This document shows, in pieces, positions 13,614-27,377 of a DNA stretch of 64,000 nucleotides (position 1 is the stretch's first letter; each line of letters begins with the position of its first letter). This DNA is from Podarcis filfolensis (Eukaryota), in assembly GCA_964270895.1 (NCBI GenBank), contig OZ185436.1. The stretch is one strand, 5' to 3'. A program made the translations under genes and the position numbers. The notes beneath the pieces are model-generated. The model was not told the origin of the DNA and did not search any database. It saw nothing but the letters and a program-made list of their open reading frames with translations.

Positions 13614-13910
13614 TGTGTTTTTCAGTACAAAAGAAAATGAGGTAATAGGTCTGGTGACCTTACGAAAGGCTTGGTCCTTTTTTATATACCCTCTCAGGTA
13701 CTCACTGACTGTAGTCCACAAGCCACTTACTCTGAATGGGTGGGATTCATTTAATAAACCCTATCAGTAGAAGCCCTGCCTTTACAGCAGGGCTTCCCAC
13801 CCCCCAGCTCCTCCTCCTGCACCCCCAAAATTTGGTTCTTGGGAGGCAGGAGGGCGCCCCAGAACAACACGGTGGGAGGGGGGGATTGTTCCAACTGGGA
13901 AGCCGATCTG
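13614..13910 (+). repeat. Local direct duplication, copy 2 (~300 bp)
   Basis: Same orientation as 10114..10417, offset ~3.5 kb. Confidence 0.95.
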
Positions 13911-16900
13911 GAAATCCTTGATCTGATGGGATGCTGTAATTGAATACAGCCCAGTAAGTTAAAAGATGATCCATAGTTTATGAATAAAACCTAAGCACGG
14001 TGCTTGTCTTCCATGCCAGACATCCTTGTGTAGCCATCTGCTGCTGCTGTATTTCACACACACACCCTTTGTTCTGCTGGGGCACCTGTCTCTTCATAAT
14101 TGTTGTAGAATCTCATTGACTTTATTCAGGGACATACCAGTTTTGTATGCCACCTGTTCCTAAGACATAGCTTTACTCTCGCTGCTAGATGTAATCTTTT
14201 ACAGAACAAATCTATGCATTTACTCAGAAGTAAGCCCTTTGTAAAGTAGGGCTTACTCCATAGTATTATTGTTTTATTAAGGTTGCAATGTTTTCATAAA
14301 CACAAGGCCTCCTAAGCAAGACCTGCTAAATCCCTGCTTCAATGCCTGCCCTGGTGTTTTTAGGCATTCAGGACTATTCCGTATGCTTTCAGAGTATATC
14401 GTCCATAAGCTCAATTTTGTGAACTGTGGAGAAGCTCAAGTTCTCTACAGTCATCCTTCTATTTTTGATTTCCCCACCCCCTTCCCTCCCCTACAGCAGG
14501 GATGAAGTCACTATTAAAATTCTGAATTCCTTCTCATACATCTGTTGTTCTGTTGTGTATTTTTTCCTACATCCAGTTCAGAATTTTGCCAGCTGCCCTG
14601 CCTCTGTATAGTGTGAAATGGGAAGGGAAAGCAAATTTTTCTGCTATTTTCTGTCACAGACAATGCAGGCTTGTTCTAGGCTTTGCTTAGCAATGCTACT
14701 TGGGCTGCCTTCACAGCTGCATTCTGATCCAGTGTTCCATTATTAGCAAGGCTCTGATGTGAAAACAGCACAGAAGTGCCATCGTAAGGATGGCTATGAG
14801 CACAAAAGGGCTTACATTTCCATCTTTAAAAGGTGGGAGTAGGGGGAAATGTGACAGGTGAGCATAAGGGCACGAGCCTGAGAATACAAGGACGAAAGAA
14901 CATCTGATGAAACGAGCAGGCAACCATTTTGAAAGGAGCGGGGGGGCAAAATGATTCTTAAAACTTCGTGTAGATTTAGCTTGCACAGCTACATGGCATG
15001 AGACACTCGGGATACTGATAACTGATCTAAGTTTGTTTGGCAGTTGCTGATCGTAAGATCCCTTTTTATTCCCCCCCTTTTTTTTTTGCTTACAAATTAA
15101 TTCAGCAGACCTCCAGAATTTAGAGGCTGACTAGGCTATTACTATACGATACAGTGGGGCATAGGGAAGTGTAGCACAGATGTATCCATGATGCCCAGAT
15201 TTGTTATCAAGCAGGGAAATAACAAAATACGCATCTTGCAAGGATTTTCGCCCCCATAGCTGCAACAACAGTTATGGAGGTGGGATCAAAAATCTAAAAT
15301 AATCCCTCATTGGGAAGTGTTGAGTGGGAAGCTTCTACACATGGTACATATTTCCATTAGAAACTAATAGTGATTTCGTCGTGCTAGTTTAAAAGTGATA
15401 TCTTCTTCCAAAGAGCCCTGGAAAATATAGTTGGGTGAAATTATGGCGAATTCTCTGTTAGAGCTATATCTAGTCGTCACCTCAGAAGTACAGTTCCCAG
15501 GCTTACCTAGGAAGAGCAAATGACGACTGTCAGAGAGGGTGAAATCTGTAGTGCAGATATGGCTTTGATTTAGGAGTGTCAGTACTTGTGTATATAATGT
15601 GGATAAAGATATGTGAATAGTGTAAATAAGTAGACTTTGTCCAGTCCAATACCTTGAGCTCAGTATGTCTCCAACAGTGAACATTCGTTGGTTGCATGAA
15701 CTCGGAACTGATTGTGCTCTATCAGTACTTGCACCAAAGGTGTTGTCGCTCAGATCCTGTCCGTAAATCACAATACCTAGTAACTAAGATGTGTTACAGT
15801 GGATTTTTTTTTAACCTCAAAGGCATAGCATGCAGTTGCATTTGGCAGGCAAAAACTTAAAAGGTTCCCAGCAATTTGACTAGTGTACACGCTCACATTT
15901 AGCATTATGTAACCATACACTGTGCCTGGAGGTGGCACTGCATGTATTTTACATTTTGCTGATCTTGCATGGGGTTCTCCTGCTTGACTTTTGTGTGACT
16001 CTTGTTTCCTTCACTTTTCGTATAAGCAAGTCAACCAATGTGTTTGTAGAACTAATGGTTGTGTACGTCTGTTAAGGTGATGTTTTGAGAATCTTGCGGC
16101 CTTTGTTCATTGCGGAGCAAGACAATAGTTCTTTTATCCCATAATTGGTATGAAACAAAGAACACTGCACCCCAAAACTTGACATTCCCATATGACTGGG
16201 ACTTCAACCTACATGGCAGTGAGTCTTCCTGATGTTTAGTTTGATGTGCATTCATTCTGTGCCCACTCATACATGCTTCGGAATACTTCGCTGTGGTCTA
16301 ATTTCAGACAACAATTTTTGTCAGATTTCCAAGTTGGGGTTTTGTCCCTACGCCTCCTGAAAACCCTCCACCTGCTATCAGGATTGGTACAGATACTTTT
16401 TGAAAAAAGTCGATTTAGGTAACGACAATTTCTTTTTAAGTGCTTGGAAATTTACTTTACAGCAAGCCTGTCTTGAGCCTCTGCTGTGTATTCTACATAA
16501 TTCATTGTGATATGGTGGCTCCTTTCTATGATATGTTCTCTGCTCAGCTGTCTTGGTTTGTTTATGGTGTGATCCAGAAAACCAATGGATCTTGCCGATA
16601 CTTTCTTAGTCCTTACGCACTCCACGGTGCCAAATACTGTTGAAATCTAGCTAAATGCTCTTATTCTAACGTTTGGACCATGTAAAAATAAAAAAATAAG
16701 AAGAACCTTATTTGGAGGGGCGGCGGCAGGAAGGCCAATGTTTTGGAAGCATAGAGAATTGGAAATGAATAGAAAATTCCCCCCCCAACTTATATTAAGT
16801 TGAAATATCTCGGATAAAGTTGGTTTTAATCTAGAAGGGATGTAAAGAACAGACATATTTTCAGTTGTGTTCAAATACTCAATCTGGGATACTTTTTTGG

Positions 16901-18542
16901 GGGGGGTGTTATTTTCCTTTGCTGCTCTTATCACAAGCAAACTCCAGCAAGATCTTGCTGTAAGTCTAAAGCACAACCAGTTTGGGCATTTTGAATAAAC
17001 AACAGCAAAATAATATTTTAGAGATTACAAATCCACCTCAGATTATTAGATTTTACAGTTCTGAACTCATAGTCCACTCTTAATATAGTCCACTTTTAAT
17101 ATAGAATTTTTTACAGTATTAATGCTAGTGGAAAATCACATAACACTCCTTGAAAAAGTGGTGCAGGGCCTTTTTTGCCCTAGATTGTGCCAGGTTTTGA
17201 GCGAGTGCCCAGTAACATTTAAGCAGACCGATTCCAAGTTTGGCAGCATTCGTTTCAAACCGATGTTCTTCTCTAGTGGTTCTGTTACATAAGCATTGCA
17301 AGTGAAGAGGATGCTTTTAATGGAAATTGTAATGAACCTTTTGGATGTTTGGGGTTTGTAGACAGTAGTAATTTCACTCTGTCAATATTTTTAAATCGGT
17401 TGACCCTAATGTGCATTGAATACGGTTAGCAGAAAAACTCAAGACTAACTTCAGTGTTTGAGTACCCAATTCATCATGTCTATGTAGTAGCAATAATGTT
17501 TATTGCAGAGCAAGGAAGTGAAGGTGGCTACAATCTAATGAATAGCAAAGTGAATTGGTTGCAATCAATGGAGCTTGCAGTTTATGCATGTTTACTCAGA
17601 AGGAAGTTTTCCCAAGATATGTGCATAGGATTGCAGCCTTAAACATCCTTAACTGTGATTGTTGACTTTGATTTCTGGCAAATATATCCTTGTGTTCCTT
17701 TCCAAAATTGGTGTACACTGAAATTTCTGTTACCTGTATTTGGTTGTCTATTTTCCCAGTGAATCTGAATTCACTGTGTGTCTCCCATGTCAGAGTAGCC
17801 TTATGAAAGCAACACTCCCTGTTATCAAAACTTGTGTTTCCAAACACTGTAGGCTTATCACAGGCTATATGGATAAGCAAATTCACAATGTATTTCTTTT
17901 TACCATCCATGAGTAAATTGAAAGTGCACAATTCAGTTTTGCAGATATAATAGATTTGGAGGGCAGATCTGGCCAGCAACTAGCTCTCCCCAAAACAGTT
18001 TTTTTAAAAAAAGAGATTTTTAAAAATGGCATTGCTTATCTCGTCTTTTTATCCTGTACCTTTTACTAAACACTTTCTAAATTTTTACAGTCAAATGTGT
18101 CCTCTACCAGCAGTAATGGCTTTGAACTTTGTAATAATACTTAGCTGCAGATTTTTGGGCTGACTAGACATTTAAAAACTTAATTCTACTGTAAGCTCTG
18201 TGTATCAATAACAGCAGTGAGCCTTTAATCATTGTGAAAACTGTTAATGTGGCTTTTTTGTCCCATGCAATTGTATGACTAAAACACTGCAGCTGAAGAG
18301 GTAAATAAATACTCGTTAAAATTTAAGGGCCTTGTTGTCAGTTCAGGTATGTCTCCTAAATGTTAATATCACTGGAGTTGCACTGATTTACCCCATTTAC
18401 AGATCTAGCCCTTAAATGTTGAAGGTATTTGCTATACATTTTCCCCCGTCTTATGTACAAACATTTCCATAAACTTTGTACTTTCCTCTATTTTAGCAAG
18501 TTTGTATTATGCACTTGAAAAGCTTTGTCTCATCTCATGTAA

Positions 18543-18548
18543 AATAAA
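18543..18548 (+). promoter_or_regulatory. Candidate distal polyadenylation signal of GAS7
   Basis: AATAAA in catgtaaAATAAActgtacag at the end of the AT-rich block; repeats resume shortly after. Confidence 0.4.
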
Positions 18549-18879
18549 CTGTACAGTCCATTAAATGCTGTGTTACTGAACTGTTATTTTCACTAATAAG
18601 CAGCAGGATTTCTGTGACCACACTCGAATTAATCCACATGATTATGTACATGCGTACATCAGTACATAGAAAAGGATTAACATGCATCGGGATGCAAGGA
18701 GGCAGAATTTCAATGAATAGGAACAGGCTCACCCTCTTGGACCCTATTGAGTCAATTGCTATAACGATACCCCTTAACCATCTTCCGTGGTGACACTGCG
18801 ACACAGCAGAAAGCATGCGATCAGCTCCTTTTTTCCTGTTACGCTGACCCAGTGGTGTCACAAAATAAGATGTTGAGGT

Positions 18880-19030
18880 CATAGAATCATAGAGTTGCAG
18901 AGTTGGAAGGAACCTAAAGGCAGGCTTTATTTCACTCAGGTCCCCAATATGTCAGTGCAGGAATCACAGCTAAAGAATCCCTGTCAAATGGCCATCCAAC
19001 TTCGGTTAAAAAAGACCTCCAAGGAAAGAC
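18880..19030 (+). mobile_element. CR1-type LINE 3'-end fragment
   Basis: agaatcatagagttg...gaaggaacc...gcaggaatcacagctaaagaatccctgtcaaatggccatccaacttc...aaagacctccaaggaa is the typical squamate CR1 3' tail pattern. Confidence 0.6.
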
Positions 19031-19937
19031 AGCCATTGGTCTGAAATCTCTGGCACCTTAAAAAGTGACTGCTGTTTCCTTGCAAAGGCGTCTTTGTTCA
19101 TCAAAACTTGACCCTGCCTATAATGCTCCAAGGGAAGGCGCCACCCCAGCGTTGAGAACTATTGTACAGAAAACTCAGAAAACAGAAATCCACGGTAAAG
19201 AAAACTTCCTTTTCCTGTCACATAGAAACATGTTTCAGTGTCATTTCACATTACAGTGTCATCTGCAAAACCCACCTATACTTGATGTACACATTGCCTA
19301 GTAGTTCATCTATATTTTGGGTATTTTAGTAGGCATTCCATAGACCCACCTGGTTAACAATGTATTAGGGTTTCTTCGGGGGGTGGGGGGGTGAATAAAA
19401 ACTGCTACCAGCCCTGTGAGTAGGTTTTAACTAGCAGCAGTTTCTAGAGCAACCAGGAAGCCAAGGGCCGGCTCAGCAGAGGATATTCTTGTTCTGCTTT
19501 ACCTCAGAAGTTCTTAAAGGTAGATTGTTGCCTCAGACATGAGTTGTTACTCATAGAAACAGTGGTATTCACTGGTCGGGTGGAAAGCATGGAGACCGAC
19601 AGTAAGTGGAACCAGAGCCAATGACCAGTAGAGTCATCATATTATAGTTTTGCCACCATCTGCCTCCCTGCTGAGTTTTACAGAGAATGACATTTCTTGG
19701 ACTGGGTAGTTTTTGTTTTTATTATGTATTTTGTGTTTTCATATCCTGTTTTTATGTTGCAACCACTGTGAGACCTGCAGGTATAGGACAGTATACAAAT
19801 TTTAATACTAATAACAATAATAATAATAACAAGGCAGCAAATCAGTAAATAACACAGCAGCTGTGCTTCTGTAGAGTATTACCTTGAAATTAAATGGATT
19901 ATGAAGTTGCAGTGGGAAAAGGATGTAAGGTAAGAAG

Positions 19938-19946
19938 TCTCTCTCT

Positions 19947-19983
<37 letters not shown>

Positions 19984-20008
19984 TGTCTGTCTGTCTGTCT
20001 GTCTGTGT
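19938..20008. repeat. Compound (TC)n(TG)n(TCTG)n microsatellite
   Basis: Directly visible. Confidence 0.95.
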
Positions 20009-23000
20009 CTATGCGTGCACGCAAGACTTCCTCCGGCTTACAGCCAATTATTCCAAACTGGCAATTCTGAAGTAAATTCCTTAGCAGCCTCTGCGTTTTG
20101 TCAAATATTCTCTCAAACAGAGAGTCTGAAGAAGGAGTCTTCTGCCCTTCAAAAACTGGGAGTAATTGCTCTTCCGATTATTATATTTGCTATGGGGATT
20201 GGTACCCTGACACTGAGTTTCTTACCCGGTGGCTTCATTGTCTGTTACAATTCACAGTGTCAGTTGGGAGCCATCATGTAGTGACCACGATTCACATTAA
20301 ATAGTGTTCAACAGCAGGGGACGGAGAACTCATTTTGCAATGGCCAAGACTCATGTGGTGAATTCTAATTGAGGATATGGCTGGGTAGGAGACATTTACT
20401 AGGGGAAGACTGGTCCCTAAGGTGCAGAAAGCCATCCACAGCTTCCTGATAGGATTTGCTATTAAACTGCTCAGCTAAAAAGGCAGGATGACAAAGAGCA
20501 GCTTAATTTGCCACACTGGAACTGGGACGGTTGAAGGTCAGTCACAGATACTGATTTAGAACTAGACTCCAGAGTATAGGCTGGCGGGGCTGTGGTGGGG
20601 ACAAGTGGGGCACTGGCCCATGGTCCAAACTTTCTGAGGAGCCCAGAGATCCACTGGCTGCTTCTAGGACCCCAGGCAATTGTACATAGAGCTGCTGCTA
20701 CATCAGAGCAACCAGCAAACATTTGCTACACAGATGTTTCCAGAAGCTTCCAATAACCTGAGGTAGATAATTTTAGCAATTGCAATATTGGGTTGCTCTG
20801 CTTCTCTTCTGAGTGTTACAAAGGAGAATTCAAAACATGTCTAAAGTATTACTCTTCTGCATTCATGTTCTCCAGTTTGAATCATCCTCGATATATGGCA
20901 TTACTAGAAGTAATTACAAATTGTCTTCTCACCCTCACCAGTACTGAGTAAAACCTTCTTTCATTTACTGTTGTACACTGGGACAGCTTTTATATTTCTT
21001 TAAAAACAGCCCTTTCAGTATGTTTATACCAAAGTTGCAGATTCCTGTGGAATTAGACAACACTTCTTTCTGTTTGTAATAATTTTACTTTTTCCATGCA
21101 TGTCATTTAAGGTATGCACTTCTAACTTCAGTTTGACTTTTTGTGCCCTGCTTTCTAACTTTGCAAACCAAATGCTCCATCTTCTGAAGATTCAGTATAA
21201 GTAAATTGTAACTCTGTTTACAGATCCATGACTTGATTTTGGCATTAGAGATAAATTATGCCTCTTACTTTTAAGGAATTGTTTGTGGAAGGATGCCTAA
21301 ATTACTCCTTCTAGTATAATTTGTTTACTTGTTTGGCCTTGGTGACCTCATGTTGATTGTAGTAGCCTCATAGCAATGATAGACTTGAGGTGCCAAAAAC
21401 ATCCTAGAGACTATGTCCCAGTCAAAGATAAAATACTGTGTCCCTTCAGATGCAGCCACATGGTCCAGGCTGGTTCATATGAGGAGATCCCTGAGGTTAC
21501 ATAGAGCGCAAAATGAGTCAATTTTCAGTTTTATGTGCTGATTTTTTATCTTTGCAGTCTGAATTAATCAAACTAGGCAGTAAAAGTCATCAGACTCTGC
21601 TTAGAAGATTGTTGATTACTACAATCAAGTAGAACTTTTTTTAAAAATGTGAATATGGTTTGCAAAATGTTATCTTGGTTCCTGAGCCATCAATTGGCTC
21701 TGGGAAATTTTCAAATCCTGAATTTGTACAAAATTTAGAATTTGTGTGATATTTCAGTTTTATGCAGGAATTATCTTTTATTTTACAGCACTTTGTTTTG
21801 CAAGTGTTTTTACACTTAATAATACAAATAACAATAATAAATAGTTTTCTGAAGTACCGGTAATATGTTGCATGGGAAAGCTTTTACCTTAGGTATCATA
21901 TTTGGTATCTTTGATGGCTTTACTTACATGGATTCAGTTGTTATGTCACTTGGCCTGCCATGGAAGTCCTTTTTGGTGGTATCCTATGATAGCATATGCT
22001 CTTGGAAGAGTTACATACATCATAGAAAGGCACCAGAGTTGGGTGGATCTGGGGCTGTAAAATGGGCTGCATTCCATAAGACCATGGTACTGTTTCATAA
22101 AGGTCATTGTGTGAAGACCTGTATGACACAGTATATGGCACTTCATGCAATTTTCTATACAGAAGTCACTTCCATGTGGGAAATTCATCTTTTGTGAAGT
22201 CTTGCAGGTGATATGCAAAGCAAATAAAATCAAGGTTGTCCCCCCCTTTTATTATTCTTGCTCTGAGTAGTAAAGAGCAATTTTAAAGACCTAAAGTGTT
22301 CTTGGTGCAGATTGTATCTAGTCCATGAGTCAGAGTAAAGAGGACACCCTAAAATACATAGAATGCAAAATGAGGCTGTTATGTGCTGGTTTTGTACCTG
22401 TTTCCTTAAAGGATATATCTGCTATGGGATGATATAAAGAGAAATGAGTGCACCATTTTATTTTCTTGAAAAATGAATGAGATGGATGGTTGTTTGATTT
22501 GGATAGGTGGAGCCCTCGCTCTAACAAGATAAACATCATCAGTCTAGTTCATGGATAAATAACAGCAGTTTCGAAGATTAAAACTGCTGATTTATACAGT
22601 TGCAGTTTTTTTTCTACCGTACAGTCTGCAATCAGTTGAAGTAGCCCAAAATATTATTTTCACCTGGCCTCTTGGATTTGATTATATAAGGTCACTTGAT
22701 TTCCCAACTCCAACCCCTCCCAATAAACAGGGAAAGATTACAGATGCATGAGAAAGCAAAAATGCAGCTCGCCAGAGAGTCTAACAGCTTCTGCTAAAGT
22801 AGCAGTGTGGAACTTGTGACCCTCTGCAGATTGTTGGACTTCAACCCCAGTCCCTATGGAATCAGCACAATCATCTATCTAGTACAGCAGGAGCAGGGGA
22901 TCTGCCTCCCCCCAATTATTGGACTACAGCTCCCTATAGTGGCTGCAGCTGATGAGAGTTGGAAGATACCCGTTTTCTGACTCCCATATTACAGCACCTG

Positions 23001-23041
23001 TTTCACTCTGTGACCAAGCAGATGCCTCCCTCAGGCCCACA

Positions 23042-23050
23042 ACACACACA

Positions 23051-23115
<65 letters not shown>
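23042..23115. repeat. Compound (CA)n(GA)n microsatellite
   Basis: Directly visible. Confidence 0.95.
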
Positions 23116-23117
<2 letters not shown>

Positions 23118-23149
23118 GCCTTCCTCCCCCAACAACTAGCATTTTATGA

Positions 23150-23580
23150 CATGCCGCAGTGCTGCTGAAGATGGATGTTCCACTTAGCCAGCATGACTGT
23201 CAGACATTGATAGCCTTGGTCTCTGTGAATTTGTCTAATCTCTTTTAAAGCCATCTAAGCTGCTTGCCATCCCATCTCATAGCAGTGAACGCCATAGATG
23301 AACTTTACATTGTGTACTTCCTTTTGCTTGTCTTGATCTTTTTGCTAATCAATTTTATTGTGTCAGCTCATTTTACCCATCTTTGAAACTTGTTTGCATT
23401 AAATCTTATTTGCCTCCTGCCCCTACATTTACCTAGTTTGGAAAGTCCCTCTTGGAGCCTTTTGTAGTCTGCTTTGGTTTTCCCCATCCTGAATAATTTG
23501 ATGTCATCCTTAACTTTCTCCCTAGTCATCACAGACTTGTTTATGAGCAAACTGAATAGCACCAGATAGGGGTAGCTGAG
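23150..23580 (-). mobile_element. CR1 LINE 3' fragment (end of RT domain plus 3' UTR), degraded
   Basis: ORF 23368..23619(-) reads LVLFSLLINK...KVKDDIKLFRMGKTKADYKRLQEGLSKLG...QIRFNANK, a decayed form of the CR1 RT motif LFNIFINDL...KFADDTKLF...LQ.DL..L..W...WQM.FN..KC; the 3' UTR motif gatggctttaaaagagattagacaaattc follows on the - strand. Confidence 0.85.
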
Positions 23581-23669
23581 GGGCAGCAGCAGGCTCGCCA
23601 GCGGCAGCCGATCCCACATTGATCTTTATTTCCCCCTTGTTCCTGATGTAGATCTGCAATCGCCCCTTC

Positions 23670-23732
23670 TTCCAAGGAGGGATGCCATTTTGGGTTTTGC
23701 CTCAGGTGCCAAAAAGTATTGGGCTGGCCCTG
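23670..23732 (-). mobile_element. End fragment of a hAT-like MITE (same family as 54670 and 61359)
   Basis: The reverse complement reads cagggccagccc...ggcacctgaggcaaaacccaaaatggcatccc, matching the cagggccggccc...gcctgaggcaaa terminus. Confidence 0.5.
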
Positions 23733-24489
23733 CCAGATACAGTACTGATAATCAGCTATTGTTTTCTTGCCTTCATTGAGAACTGTCCATCTGCTCCTGC
23801 CTTCCGTTCTTTAACCAATTACTAACCCATAAGAAACCTCATATTTTTATTCTATGACTACTAAGCATACTCAGGAGCCTTAATGAGGGACATTGTAAAA
23901 TGCTTGTATCAAAATAATACACTTTCCCTTTATCCCAGCAATCACGTATTCTACATTCTAATCAGACTGGCACAGTTTTGTCAGTTTCCTTTTCATCTTT
24001 TGCATCTGCTGTCTACTTTTCAAATAATGATCTCCCTTTCAAAAAAAATTCCACATGTTTTAATTTATACATTGATTTGACAATTCATACAGAAAACCCC
24101 TCTAATCAGACCTGTGAGGTCAGTGACCCTGAGTCCAGTTCTCGTATTATTCCCTTCTGTGGATTATGTTTCAATATTCTACAAGATAATAATCTGGTGC
24201 TACAGCCTGTAACTGAATAGCTAAACCCTTCTAATGCCATTTTATTACTTTTCCTAAAGGTGGCCAACTGTCTCACCTCTACCTCCATAGTTTCCAAAAC
24301 CCCACACAAAATACCTCCAAACACAATGGCTGGAGGCATTGTTTACTTTTAAAGTCCCTGTTGGTTTTTGTTATGTAAAAGAAAATGGTAAAAGGCATAT
24401 ATAAGAGGCTGTGAAAATAAAATCTTTTTTATATATATTTGAGAGAACTATCTTCTAAAAAAAATAAGTAACTTGCATCAGCATCCGTA

Positions 24490-24815
24490 ATAGAAGAATA
24501 GGCAGTAGCCAATGTAACACCAATTTTTAAAAGGTTTCCAGGTAATTTAAAGCTCTTAGCTTACATCTGTTTGAGGAAAACTGGTGGAAAGCATGATTCA
24601 ATATAAAATCATCAAGCAAATAGAATAGGAAGTCCTGCTGAAGAAGAATCAACATGGCCTCACCAAAGTAAGTCCTGTCTCACAAACCTTTTAAAATTCT
24701 TCAAGACTTTGGTATATTTATACAAGTGCCTGGTATAAATTGTGCACTTAGACTTTTAAAAAGTTTTTGGTAAGTTCCTCTCACCAAAGATTCCTTAATA
24801 AGCTTAGCAGTCATG
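24490..24815 (+). mobile_element. CR1 LINE internal RT fragment, frameshifted
   Basis: Translates piecewise to ANVTPIFK..PGN...LTSV*GKLVESMIQYKII...LLKKNQHGL...SCLTNLLKFF...VHLDF*KVFGK...NKLSSH, the CR1 RT motifs ANVTPIFKKG / NQHGF..GKSCLTNL / YLDFQKAFDKV. Confidence 0.85.
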
Positions 24816-24842
24816 ATTAGTTTGAAGAGAGCTAAACCATTG

Positions 24843-25001
24843 GGCCAGGTTAGTACAACACCACATCAAGTCATTAGCATGGTTCATCAGCAAAATGAGC
24901 AGAGAGGAGCAAAGTGGTTGCAATCTCTTTTCTGGGAGACTTTACGCTTGCACATTCATGCTAAACCATGACTTGGCTTAATGTAACATGTGAACCAGGC
25001 C
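24843..25001. mobile_element. Short palindromic MITE-like element
   Basis: Inverted ends ggccaggtt...aaccaggcc with internal inverted blocks (catggtt / aaccatg). Confidence 0.45.
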
Positions 25002-27371
25002 TAAATCCATAAGGTTGTTTTGAAGTCATAAACTTCGATACCTGATACAGAACTTGGCATTCAACTTTCATTTTTACAAAATAAAGTTTCCACCCCTTGG
25101 ATGTACAAAAAAACTTTCTTGGTTTCATTGTTTTCATCTTAACATAAGAACTGATTCCATCTTTACCTATTCTGTCTCTCTCAGGTGATAATTAAAGCGC
25201 ATTGCAATCTTCATGTCTACACAGAGTAATAAGTAATAGTCCATTGGGTAATATTACTGCCTGCCTATTTAGTGTGTTCTTATAAAAGCTGTGTGCCAGA
25301 GGGCTTTGTGTACAAACCACTCATTCCCTCATAGAGTAAAAGGAAAAGTTTTGCTTATTATCTGGGGAGTTGTCTGACCAGCATAATGATATGGAACAGG
25401 GACGTGCTGGGCATTCTCCAACTTCCTTTGTGTAAACATTAATTCAGCACGTCAACAGAGCGATGAATCCCAGAGTGCTCAGGCTGGTCTCAGAGGAACT
25501 GATGTTTTCTAGCATGTAGGCTGCATAAGTGTAAGTGCAATTATATGGAAATAAGTTCCATTAATTTCAGTAGGCTCTGAGTATAACTTTCCCTGGATTG
25601 CATCCAGCAGTGTTTGCAACTGGGTGGCCATTTTAGGTTCATCTCATTCAATGACACAGTGTTATTCCCTACCAAGACCTGGTCCTTGTTAGAGACTAGG
25701 AAAGAACTGCAAGAGCCATTAAAGACAGGAAGACAGGTTAAGCCAGCTGAAATTTTGTTTTAAAAAGAGCTAAAGAGCCATAAAGGGCAGGGTCTTTGTG
25801 TCAATGGAATCCTACAAAACATTTGAAAACATAGAACATCTTAGAAGGAAATAATAGCAACCCTCATGCAAGAAATCTGGATACGTACCATAAAATATAC
25901 TTTGAAAGACGACTGGTCTTAAAAGAAGAATTGCACAAATGGCTGCAAAAAATCCACTGTCAAGAAGCACAGTCTAGAATGAATAGCATATTACCAAGCC
26001 ACGTTATCGCTCTCAAGGACATGGACAGTATATCAACCAGGTTTCTTGAATGATAGCTTTAGCTGATCTATAACTTGCTTGATAAGGTCCTGGAGTTTTA
26101 TTTACTTCAGGATTATTATCTATATATATATATTGAAAAGTGGCTCATCTGTTCTCCATAGGTGTGGCCACCTCCTGAGACTCAGCAAGCGGGATTGCAG
26201 AGAACGCTTGCTTTTCAAAGTTATGTATGGATTTGATCACTGATTTTTTAAAATATACTTGTACACTGCTTAGAAGTCATTGTACATTAAGCAGCACATA
26301 AATTAAGAACTAATTACACGTGACAAAACCAGCCTTTGGATTTCACAGTGGGTACAATATATAAGGAAGGAAAACAATTTGGCAGCTTCCCATTTTTAAG
26401 TCTGTGAAAATACATGTTGTAAGATCAACAGCTTGTGAAATAAAAATGACAACAGGTAACACAGCAGGCCTGGAGCTGTGTGGATACATAGCTTAGCAGT
26501 TGCTTGTGATTTCAAGACGGTGTGAAGCAGCTTCTGGTGGACCTAGGGTTACCCATATTTTCTCCTCCATGGGGAGAAAAGCAGCTTGGTGGAATTCTGA
26601 GGAAAGGCATGGCTGGTGGTAAAAGGAGCAAGCACACCACCCATTTGGTCCTCCACCTCACTCCCCAGGCTGCTGCTTCTTAAATAAAAATGCTGTATTG
26701 AAAAAATGTTACATGGATCTGGTTGCAAATTCTAGCTTGGCCCTTTTCTGCTTGCTTGCCTATTCACTTGTTCTCTCATTAACTCATCCTAAATTTGTAA
26801 ATCACACCACACTGTCTGGCTTTTTGACAAATAGATGCATTTGGGTAATGTTGCCCCCGCTTCCTTCCCATTTTTTTTTCCATCTGGTGACTTTGAAGCT
26901 TCTCAGATTTTTCATCTCCAGTCATATCAGTTTTCTCCCTGTTAATCGGTGATATAAAGATGTTTAAATAAATTTGCAAAGTAGAAGTAATAATGACTCC
27001 TGTTGCAGGTCTGTTGGAAGGATAATGGAAGAAAGAACCACAACTTTGTATATTACATGTATTAAAAGAAGCATTAGCAGCTGTGCCCTAAAAACAAGTC
27101 CGTTCAGCATTTCATAATTTTTACAGCAAAGCTTGGAAAATGTGCTTATAAATATATACAATCCCACACGTTCCTAAATGTCAATCCTGTTCATTTAGTC
27201 ATTGTTGGAATTCAGCTTCTTGTTTAACAGTATCACTTAAGCAATGGTTGTCCTTTCTGAGACGCTGCAGAGCAGTCTCATGGGATCAGATTGATGGCTC
27301 CAATAGTGGCGGTCAATGTTGGGAAACCTAAGAGAAACAGCAGGCTCTTTCAAGGTGCTCAGTCTATTCCT

Positions 27372-27377
27372 TTTATT
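27372..27377 (-). promoter_or_regulatory. Candidate GLP2R polyadenylation signal
   Basis: tttatt on the + strand is AATAAA on the - strand, ~240 nt past the stop; unverified. Confidence 0.3.

Larger units (their letters stand above)
9442..18570 (+). other. GAS7: Putative long GAS7 3' UTR (~9 kb)
   Basis: Follows the stop codon. Mammalian GAS7 has a multi-kb 3' UTR. An AT-rich, repeat-poor segment at ~17400-18550 ends in AATAAA at 18543. The extent is inferred and has no transcript support here. Confidence 0.45.

Noticed and set aside
15364-15771. 135-aa minus-strand ORF in the putative GAS7 3' UTR
   Set aside because: Non-ATG start and no recognisable domain.
19955-20281. 108-aa ORF with a hydrophobic stretch in the RCVRN slot
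   Set aside because: Begins inside a (TG)n microsatellite; no EF-hand or myristoylation motif, so not recoverin.
22924-23168. ORFs with [18 protein letters not shown] runs (also at 53815-54223 and 48855-49113)
   Set aside because: Translations of (CA)n(GA)n microsatellites.
25919-25945. LKEELHKW, faintly like recoverin SEEELCSW
   Set aside because: Flanking residues do not continue the alignment (no LKDCP.G, no EF-hand); chance-level similarity.
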